Shown in pieces: positions 36,805 to 44,518 of a stretch of 64,000 bases of DNA. The stretch's first letter is position 1, and every line of letters starts with the position of its first letter. Origin of the DNA: an uncultured Acidimicrobiales bacterium. GTDB lineage: Bacteria > Actinomycetota > Acidimicrobiia > Acidimicrobiales > SZUA-35. The notes beneath the pieces are model-generated. The model searched no databases. It was not told where the DNA came from and was given only the letters and a program-made list of their open reading frames with translations. A program made the translations under genes and the position numbers. The stretch is from contig CALAJV010000013.1 of NCBI GenBank assembly GCA_937922805.1, positions 8,879 through 72,878 of the forward strand, given 5' to 3'.

Positions 36805-36942
36805 CGGTGGCCCCGGACGACGAATCAGGTTGGGGAAGAAGCGTCGTATCAGGGCCACCGAGATCTTGAGAGCTGGCTTTGTCGGTGGCCCCGGACGACG
36901 AATCAGGTTGGGGAAGAAGCGTCGTATCGGGGCCACCGAGAT
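36805..36942 (-). repeat. Two 60-nt direct repeats (59/60 identical, 18-nt spacer), each a hairpin with a C/U-rich loop; candidate structured ncRNA or leader
   Basis: Copies at 36805-36864 and 36883-36942. Minus-strand core: CGGTGGCCCY-GAT-ACGACG-[CTTCTTCCCCAACCTGATT]-CGTCGT-CC-GGGGCCACCG. Confidence 0.85.
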
Positions 36943-37095
36943 TTTGGTTCAGCGCGAGCCATAATGCTCGAACGCCAGCGTTCGTTTGTGTAAGGTCCCA
37001 CCCTCCATGCTTACCGTTCGGAAGCTACCTTTCGAACCGTCTGTTGCTATCCACACCCGCTAGCCGGTAGTTCCGTTCCATGGTTTCCAAAAAAG

Positions 37096-37701
37096 TTAGA
37101 GAAAGTCGATAATTTGTCGCAGGTCGCTTAAACCAATCTCGGCAGTAGCCAGATCAAGCTCATACTGCACGACCTGCTTTTCGAACTCGACGACCAAGTC
37201 TCGGTCTCCGGCCCGCTGTGCGACTCCGGCCGCTCGACGATAAACGACAATCGCCTCCAGTGCTTGGTCTCGGTCGTGAGACAAGATTTCTGTACTCCGG
37301 TAAGCCCGGTCGGTCGATGTTTGTTTTGGCGCCGAGTCGTACCAAACCTGAATTGCTTCGTCCTGGATCTCGTGTTTCGAGATCATGGCCGAAATCAGTT
37401 GTTGGATCTCCGCCAATGCGGTCACCGCTTGTTGATGGCTCGGTAGCGTTCGAAGTTTCGATTCTTGTATTGCTACCAGGCGACGACCGCCGGCGGTTCC
37501 GTCGTTGCCGGGTTGTGACTCATCGGGAACTGACCGGCTGTCTTGGCAGATTGGCGTTACTGAAGCGATCTTCTCCGGCTGTCTCGGCGGCTCATAGCTA
37601 TGGCCAAAGAGCCCCGACTGGCCACACCGATCCATCGTCATGTGACAACCGCCACAATTGCGTTTTCGCTGCACATTCTTACCATGTGATGCACTCCCCA
37701 A
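37096..37701 (-). CDS. Hypothetical helical protein (weak PspA-like segment); start uncertain
   Basis: C-terminal ~125 aa look like an amphipathic coiled coil (AQRAGDRDLVVEFEKQ); the N-terminal part looks non-coding. Confidence 0.55.
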   Translation of the reverse strand: MGSASHGKNVQRKRNCGGCHMTMDRCGQSGLFGHSYEPPRQPEKIASVTPICQDSRSVPDESQPGNDGTAGGRRLVAIQESKLRTLPSHQQAVTALAEIQQLISAMISKHEIQDEAIQVWYDSAPKQTSTDRAYRSTEILSHDRDQALEAIVVYRRAAGVAQRAGDRDLVVEFEKQVVQYELDLATAEIGLSDLRQIIDFL

Positions 37702-37861
37702 CCCCCTGCAACCGCTGAAATTAGCCGGTGTTCCATCTGGTTAGTCGACACACCCATCAGCCGGTTATTTGGTTCCCAAAACAACTGACTTTTTTGACCG
37801 GCAGCCCTGGGAGGCAATTGGTCGGGTAATTACCTATGCAGGACCGCCGAGATCTTCAGAA

Positions 37862-39058
37862 CTAGTCGATACTCACTTGCGAGAATTCGCCGTCGATATA
37901 CCGCTCTAAGAACGAGTCAGCCTTGAGCATCAAATCACACTCATTCAGATTTCTGGTTAGGTGAGGAAGGCAATATTCATTGCCATCTTCATTAAGCAAA
38001 GGGACTGTCACCCCATCACGAATAATCGAACTATCGTTCGGGTCTTCGAATTGAGCAATATCGTCGCTAGCTATAAAGATGAACGACGGCCCCTTTGACG
38101 GCTCTAAATCGCAGGTGTTAAAGCTGTTGGTTTGGATGCAATTCTCGTTACCGGCGCTATCAAACAGCGGCACGTGGATGCCGCCTTGAGTGGCAGAATC
38201 GTTGTTAGGGATTGCAACCGATTGGGGCCCTTCGAACTCTCCTTGTGGCGAGGTTTGAGAAATAGCGTCACCGGTGATCGGGTCGACTTCTGATAGCCGA
38301 CCTAAGCCACGCACCTGATCGTAACGTTCCCCATCAGGACACTCGAAGATCCCGTAACTGACTTCACCACAATCCAATACGTCGACTCCGTCGATCCAAC
38401 AACCTTCGTTGGTCAGTGGGTTCACTCCCCACGCTGGTAGTTCGCCACCTTCGTCGGTGCATTGATCGGTTGCTCGATTGGCGACGTCTAGGTCGACCGC
38501 CAAGGAACTTGGCGTAGAATCTTCGTTCGACTTTTGCGGTGACAGTGGCATCTCTTTAGCAACGCTGCTCGACAGCTCTGGCAGTTCGCATCCCTCGTTA
38601 AACGCAGGATTGAAGCCGCGTCGATCACCGTCGCCATCATCGCGGCAGAGTTCTGCTGGGTTGGTTCCTGGGATTAGACAACCATGGTTTGTTTCAAGGT
38701 TGACTCCCCAACCGTCGCCATCTCCTTCATCAACACAAAGTGTCGTGGGTGTTTCGGCATCGGATGGTGCCATCGCTCCAAGGGTGGCAAGGCCGCTAAT
38801 ACCGGCGGCGGCAGCAGCCGTAATCGCCACTTTGCGACCTCGCCCGGTTCGGGCTGGTGGGCAGGTGGTGTTCCCCTCTGCGACGTAACGGGCAAAGTGG
38901 AGCTCTGCATCGCTAGCTAAGTCAGCTTCAATTACAACAGCGTTCGAAGGGGCGAATTCGTCATCGGCGTCGCCGTGCTGCGGTGCTGAGTTCTCGGCGA
39001 GGTCCTTGCGAGCCCGCTCTTGACCCGACACGAGATCGGTCCAGGTCTGTGAATACAT
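37862..39058 (-). CDS. Orphan anchored or secreted protein with Cys-bracketed DGDGWG-type repeats
   Basis: AGGAG RBS; TM VAITAAAAAGISGLATLGA; three C-x-D..G.N....GC repeats; two VPL...GNE.C...N.CDL repeats. Confidence 0.75.
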   Translation of the reverse strand: MYSQTWTDLVSGQERARKDLAENSAPQHGDADDEFAPSNAVVIEADLASDAELHFARYVAEGNTTCPPARTGRGRKVAITAAAAAGISGLATLGAMAPSDAETPTTLCVDEGDGDGWGVNLETNHGCLIPGTNPAELCRDDGDGDRRGFNPAFNEGCELPELSSSVAKEMPLSPQKSNEDSTPSSLAVDLDVANRATDQCTDEGGELPAWGVNPLTNEGCWIDGVDVLDCGEVSYGIFECPDGERYDQVRGLGRLSEVDPITGDAISQTSPQGEFEGPQSVAIPNNDSATQGGIHVPLFDSAGNENCIQTNSFNTCDLEPSKGPSFIFIASDDIAQFEDPNDSSIIRDGVTVPLLNEDGNEYCLPHLTRNLNECDLMLKADSFLERYIDGEFSQVSID

Positions 39059-39184
39059 TAGTTACTCCTGTGGATACTTGTTAACCACTTAGTCGCTTGG
39101 GCCCCTCGGACCGGGGGACAGAAACGAACCGAAGCAACATTGCCGATTCTGCCGCCGTTCCACGTCTATGCGAGACTCGGACCT

Positions 39185-39682
39185 ATGGCTCGGGTAGAAG
39201 CAAAGGTCGTTGTTCCAGTCGCCGCTGACATCGCGTTTGCTGTTTCACAAACGTCGGGTGAAATCCGCTACCGGTGGGACACGTTTGTAAAATCGCAACG
39301 TCACCTTGATGGTGCTCAGACGGCGGCCAAAGGAGTTCGAACCGAAACAATCTCGAAGCACCGTATTCGAATGGTTTCAGAATACGCATCGTTCAAACCT
39401 CCAAAACAAGTCGGCATGAGGATGGTTGAGGGCCCATGGTTCTTCGACAAATTCGGCGGGGGCTGGATTTTCGATGATTTGGGCGACGGGACGACTGAGG
39501 CAACTTGGCGGTATACCTTCTCAATCAAACCGCGATGGCTAGCACCCCTAGCCGACCGAATCGGAAGAGTTGTTCTTGGCCGAGACATTGAGAAACGAAT
39601 CGCCGGGTTCGCAGCCGGATGCGAGGATGAAGTTGTGGTGGCAGCGGCAATCGCCGCGGTAGCCAAGTGGGAGAAAAGCTAA
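39185..39682 (+). CDS. SRPBCC/polyketide cyclase-like protein
   Basis: RYRWDTF, MRMVEGPWFFDKFGGGWIF, TWRYTF. ATG 39185 preferred over TTG 39140. Confidence 0.85.
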   Translation: MARVEAKVVVPVAADIAFAVSQTSGEIRYRWDTFVKSQRHLDGAQTAAKGVRTETISKHRIRMVSEYASFKPPKQVGMRMVEGPWFFDKFGGGWIFDDLGDGTTEATWRYTFSIKPRWLAPLADRIGRVVLGRDIEKRIAGFAAGCEDEVVVAAAIAAVAKWEKS

Positions 39683-39789
39683 GCAGGCCAGATCCACAAT
39701 CAGGCCAGATCCACAACACAATGTGGCAGCGGTGAAGCAATGCGTCGACGGATCTGGTATCGGCGAGCCTGATATGAGACTCTGGTCGA

Positions 39790-41379
39790 ATGGCCAATGG
39801 CGTCTTACCCTCAATTTTTAATGATGTGATCGGGCCAGTCATGCGAGGCCCATCGAGTTCCCACTCGGCTGCTTCAGTCCGGATCGGGCTCTTACTTCAC
39901 GACCTTTGCGGCGGACGCCCCGACCGGGTCGCAATTGTCTATGACACACAGGGTTCGTTGGCCACCACTCACCAAAGCCAAGGAACCGACATGGGCTTGT
40001 ACGGCGGTTTGCTCGGCATGGCAGCCGACGACGCACAGCTACCGCACGCGCCGGAGATGATTCGATCAGCTGGCACCGTAATCGAAATAGAAAAGACGCG
40101 CCTCGATGACAATCACCCGAACACATACCGAATAGAACTAGCAACCGGAACCGGCGAGCGAGAACAAGTCCATCAGGTTGTTGCTTTATCAACTGGCGGC
40201 GGGATGATCGAAATTATTGAAATCGACCGAACCCCTGTTTCTTTGTTCGGAGATGCCGAAACCACTCTGGCTTGGTGCACCGACGGTGCAGTGGCCAATA
40301 ACTGTGCCGCCGCTCTATCAGACCGAGAAGGGATCGTTAGCGTTCACGTTGTCGGCGACCGCCCATACGCTCTCGTTATTCGAAGCGAGAAACGCCTAGA
40401 TCAAACCACACTGGTCAAGCTAGGTGTTACTGATTCCGCCTTTTATGCTGTCCATCAACTACGCCGAGTCCTGCCAATTCCTACCAGCCAAGCAACGTCG
40501 GTTCCGTTCAATCACGCCAGCGAGATGCCTCGACCGAGTGAGCTAGTAATGAAGCCGCTTTCTGATTGGGCTATCGAGTATGAGACAGCCAGAAGCGGGT
40601 TCGCACCCGAGGAGGTTCTAACCTACGCCAGCGACATGATCGGCGTTATGAGGGGATCAATCGACGCTGGCCTGTCGGGCACCGACTACGGGGATCGCAT
40701 TCTCGGCCCTCAAGTTCAGCAATTTCAAAAAAGGCGAGCCGAAGGCAAACTGCTGGACAGTGGCCTGCTGAACGACATGATCGTAAACGTCACCGCGCTT
40801 ATGGAAGCGAAGAGCGCAATGGAGGTGATAGTGGCTGCTCCTACCGCCGGTGCCTGCGCCACTTTTCCTGGGGCCCTTGTAGCTGGAATAGATTCGGTTG
40901 GCGCAACCGACGAGGCGGCGGCCCGAGCTTTGCTCACTGGCGGCCTGATCGGTGTTTTTGTGGCCAACCGGTCGAGCTTCGCCGCAGAAGTTGGCGGTTG
41001 CCAGGCCGAGACCGGGGCCGGAGCTGCCATGGCGGCCGCGTCGTTGGTCGAGCTTGGTGGTGGTTCGGCCGACCGATCGTTGTCGGCGGCCAGCCAGTCG
41101 CTACAGAATGTCCTTGGACTAATTTGTGACCCGGTTGCGAACCGAGTTGAGGCACCCTGTCTTGGACGAAACGTGTCCGGGGCAGCCAACGCGCTCAGTT
41201 GCGCCAATATGGCCCTAGCCGGGTACGACCATCTCATCCCATTTGATGAAGTGCTCGACGCTCACCGCCAAGTTAGCGAACTTATGGCCCGCGAACTTCG
41301 CTGCACCGGACTCGGTGGTTTGGCGGTAACGCCGACGGCACAGAAAATCGAATTGAGCCTAAAACCCGGTTCACGCTAG
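39790..41379 (+). CDS. sdaA: Fe-S L-serine dehydratase, fused beta + alpha subunits
   Basis: IGPVMRGPSSSH, STGGGMIEI, APTAGAC, GGCQAETG, LGLICDPV..VEAPC, LRCTGLGGLA. Confidence 0.92.
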   Translation: MANGVLPSIFNDVIGPVMRGPSSSHSAASVRIGLLLHDLCGGRPDRVAIVYDTQGSLATTHQSQGTDMGLYGGLLGMAADDAQLPHAPEMIRSAGTVIEIEKTRLDDNHPNTYRIELATGTGEREQVHQVVALSTGGGMIEIIEIDRTPVSLFGDAETTLAWCTDGAVANNCAAALSDREGIVSVHVVGDRPYALVIRSEKRLDQTTLVKLGVTDSAFYAVHQLRRVLPIPTSQATSVPFNHASEMPRPSELVMKPLSDWAIEYETARSGFAPEEVLTYASDMIGVMRGSIDAGLSGTDYGDRILGPQVQQFQKRRAEGKLLDSGLLNDMIVNVTALMEAKSAMEVIVAAPTAGACATFPGALVAGIDSVGATDEAAARALLTGGLIGVFVANRSSFAAEVGGCQAETGAGAAMAAASLVELGGGSADRSLSAASQSLQNVLGLICDPVANRVEAPCLGRNVSGAANALSCANMALAGYDHLIPFDEVLDAHRQVSELMARELRCTGLGGLAVTPTAQKIELSLKPGSR

Positions 41380-41408
41380 CCCAGCCATGGTGTGTGGCCG
41401 GACTGGCA

Positions 41409-44129
41409 TCATGTCGGGGACCGAGGTTCGACCTTTTCGACGTCAGCCGCAGAGTTGATTTGAGTACCGGCACCATCTGGCATATCTGCCTTACCGTCCT
41501 GGTCGATCAGATCATCGAGGGACGGAGCTGGTGGTTGGGTAGCAGCTTCGGGCTGTGGAGTTGTTGGTGGGCTTGGCGGCATAGCGGGCCCATCTGGTTT
41601 CTTGGATTCGCCAACGACGTCATCGTCAGAAGAAGCATCTTCTCCGATCGTCACTGGCAGCAACGTCTTCATCTCCTCCTGGCTGCCAGCTACTTCGATC
41701 GCATTAGCTTCAGTTGACGGTGAGTCAACGCCGGGCACTGGTTCAATCGGTGCAACTTGTGTTGCCTCAACCGACAGCGGCCCGGTAGTAGGAAACGGGC
41801 CGGTAGGTGCTGAGCCGGGAGGAGCGGGCGGCATAGGAGGCATTGCCGGTTGAGCATTCTTGGGGTTCGACCCAGGCATGTCGGATTCCGGTGGCACCGG
41901 TGTCCCAAATGGAGTTTGAGGCATCGGCGGAGAACTCGCAGTTGACGTAGAGGAATCAGGCATCGGGGGGTCGGCTGCAACTGCCGCAGGGGTTGCCGGG
42001 TCGGCAGATGGTGGTGTCGACAACTCCGTTACCGCTCCATCGGCCGCTAAAGCCGGAGGCATACCCGGACTCACCGGAGCCGGAGGCATACCTGGTTGGC
42101 TAGAAGATGTGGCGGGCGTCGGGGGGACAGTCTCGTCGGATAACGGCACAGTGGTAGCCGCCGGTGTGGGTGTTTCGGACATCGAGTCAGGTGCGTCGGG
42201 CAGCGGCGCTGTTGCTGCCCAAGGTGCTCCCGACTCAGGAGGCAGAACTTGCCCGCTGGCTAATGGCGATGTCGGAGTTGGTGGTGTTGGTGGAAATTCA
42301 GGCGAAGGTGCCATAGGAGGCGAATTGGCTGCACTGGTTGGGATCGTGTCAACCGTTTTTCGTCCGGTAAGTTTTTTGCCGAAGAAGATTCCCGCGACAG
42401 CTAACCCGATCAAAGCTAGTAGCCCGAGCCCAACTAGAAGAACAGTCCCGAGTAAACTCCCGCTCAATTCTGCATCCCGGTCGGCCACATTGTTTCGAGC
42501 GACTTGAATGTCATCGACGGTCTGGGCATTGTCCCACTCTTGGCCGAGAGGTACTGAGGTGTCCTCTCCTTGTTCTTCGGCCTTGGCGATGACAAGATCT
42601 CGCTCGTCCAATACCGATGAGGCCTCAACCATCAAGGCGTCGGCGTCACTGAAGTTCCAGTTAGTCATTGCCGTTCGAATACCTAGTGGAACTGAGCCGG
42701 CGCGACGTTCGATCTCTTCGTATCTGGCCACAGATTCGTTTCGAACCCGAAGCTCGCCAATCTCCTGATCATCCAAGAGGTACTTTTCGAACAACTCTGG
42801 AGCGCCCGTTGCTCCACCCCGTCGTTCAACCAGATCCAAGAATCGCCGCCAGTCGTTCTCAATTGTTGCCACCGGTTCAGCGTCAGCAGAACCGACGTAG
42901 GCGGTCTCGTTACTTCTGGCCATTCCGATGGTTGCGCCCAGAGCGTCGTGACCTATTTCGTTGCTAATCTCTCGCATGAACCAAAAGGCTTGGGCGTCGT
43001 CAAACGATTGTGCCGTTGGCGGATTGCCAGGACTCGCCGGCCGCCTGCCTGACGCTCGTAATGCTTCGGCTCCAAGATCGATAGCCAGTCCGGTGTTTAT
43101 TTCGTCGCCGCTAAACGGCCCAGTTGCCACCCACTGTCGAGCCAGCGTCGCCGCAATACTGGTCTCGTTGAAATCGCGGGGAATTTCGACGCTTGTCAAC
43201 GGTCCGGATTGTCCCCACTCGTCGAACCGAGCGTCACCAGTTTGCTGAAATGAAGCGGCTTGGATCGGTGAATCTTCTCCGGTTAGCGATTCCAATTCAG
43301 CCATGACGTCGGAAATTAGCGTGCTGGTGTCTTCGCTCCATTGGCTGTCATCGGGGGGACTGACAACTTCGATCATTGGATAGGACTCGACCTTGGCTCG
43401 ATCGAGGCCGTTCTCATCCGACCCGCTCCAGTCCATGAAAATGAGATCGGTGAACTGGCCGGTCTCTTCGCTCTCGGTGAACTCGTATCGTTGACGACCC
43501 GCTTCGCTCGTCGACTTTGAGAAATCAAGATTTCGGGGCGAAGACAAGTCGAATGAGGCCGGGGCAGTTACTAGCAGCTGGACATTTTCGAAGTTGCAGC
43601 AGACGATGATAGAAAGATCGATGTAGGCGGCGTTTATTCGCCGCTTGCTGTCTTGATCGTCTGGGGCATACGAGGGAAGCGAATAGGCAATGTCGACTAC
43701 TCGTGTTTGTCCGTAGTTCAAGTTCGTCGGATACTGAACCGACAGAATGTCGATCCCGACTTCTTTAACTGACTCCTCGACCGAATACTCGAGATCGTCG
43801 CCGTTGGATTTGATGGAGAGATTTTCTGCGTCGGTCGGCACCCAAACGGTCTGACCAGTCCAAAAGTATCGAGTGATTGTGGTCCGCCCACGAGTCGAAC
43901 CTTTGACGTTTGCCACCGTGATCGATTCGGCTACATCGACTTTTCCACCATTAGCATCGATGTCGTAGGTGGCGTCCAAGCTGACGATCCGCTGGTCAGT
44001 CTCAGCTTCGTTATCTTGGCCTTGCGCTGGGTTGGCGAAACCCACAGTCAAACAGAACGAGAGCGCCAGGCTCAGTCCAACGATAAAGGCGACGAATCGC
44101 TCTGTTCGAAGACCTAATCCTGTCCTCAT
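41409..44129 (-). CDS. Membrane protein: extracellular aminopeptidase-like (degenerate gluzincin) region, TM, Pro-rich cytoplasmic tail
   Basis: Signal peptide after MRTGLG; ATLARQW..INTGLA aligns with HExxHxW..NEGLA spacing; TM LLGTVLLVGLGLLALIGLAVAGIFF; ~250-aa P/A/S/T tail. Confidence 0.7.
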   Translation of the reverse strand: MRTGLGLRTERFVAFIVGLSLALSFCLTVGFANPAQGQDNEAETDQRIVSLDATYDIDANGGKVDVAESITVANVKGSTRGRTTITRYFWTGQTVWVPTDAENLSIKSNGDDLEYSVEESVKEVGIDILSVQYPTNLNYGQTRVVDIAYSLPSYAPDDQDSKRRINAAYIDLSIIVCCNFENVQLLVTAPASFDLSSPRNLDFSKSTSEAGRQRYEFTESEETGQFTDLIFMDWSGSDENGLDRAKVESYPMIEVVSPPDDSQWSEDTSTLISDVMAELESLTGEDSPIQAASFQQTGDARFDEWGQSGPLTSVEIPRDFNETSIAATLARQWVATGPFSGDEINTGLAIDLGAEALRASGRRPASPGNPPTAQSFDDAQAFWFMREISNEIGHDALGATIGMARSNETAYVGSADAEPVATIENDWRRFLDLVERRGGATGAPELFEKYLLDDQEIGELRVRNESVARYEEIERRAGSVPLGIRTAMTNWNFSDADALMVEASSVLDERDLVIAKAEEQGEDTSVPLGQEWDNAQTVDDIQVARNNVADRDAELSGSLLGTVLLVGLGLLALIGLAVAGIFFGKKLTGRKTVDTIPTSAANSPPMAPSPEFPPTPPTPTSPLASGQVLPPESGAPWAATAPLPDAPDSMSETPTPAATTVPLSDETVPPTPATSSSQPGMPPAPVSPGMPPALAADGAVTELSTPPSADPATPAAVAADPPMPDSSTSTASSPPMPQTPFGTPVPPESDMPGSNPKNAQPAMPPMPPAPPGSAPTGPFPTTGPLSVEATQVAPIEPVPGVDSPSTEANAIEVAGSQEEMKTLLPVTIGEDASSDDDVVGESKKPDGPAMPPSPPTTPQPEAATQPPAPSLDDLIDQDGKADMPDGAGTQINSAADVEKVEPRSPT

Positions 44130-44394
44130 TTTGTGGTGCCCTTCCAATAACTCGTCGGACCTGGTTTGTTCCACCCGATCGACAGAAAGACGACGCCCAC
44201 ACCGTCGCGCTCTCGCCCTCGCAAAAACTATATCCGAGATATCTAACCGAAACTGGGCGAGGGACCGGGGAGAAGTCCCCATAGCAGGCAGATACGGCAA
44301 TTGGCCTCTCACTCAGTTTGAGATCGAACCCTTCTTTGTCAAGCGTAGTGGCTGATGCCTCTGTGCATCGGCTATCTTTAGTCCATCACCAAAT

Positions 44395-44465
44395 GCGGGT
44401 GTAGCTCAATGGTAGAGCGCTAGCTTCCCAAGCTAGACACGCGAGTTCGATTCTCGTCACCCGCT
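44395..44465 (+). tRNA. tRNA-Gly (anticodon CCC); CCA not encoded
   Basis: GCGGGTGTAGCTCAATGGTAGAGCGCTAGCTTCCCAAGCTAGACACGCGAGTTCGATTCTCGTCACCCGCT cloverleaf. Confidence 0.97.
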
Positions 44466-44518
44466 CAAACCCTGGTTGTATGCGAATATGGACTGGCGAT
44501 GTATGGCGGTGCGGAGCC

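Noticed and set aside
36805-36942. Mini-CRISPR interpretation of the 60-nt direct repeats, and ORFs 36655..36993 and 36742..36936 across them
   Set aside because: Repeat too long, spacer only 18 nt, two copies and no cas genes. The ORFs merely translate the repeat, whose 78-nt period keeps frame.
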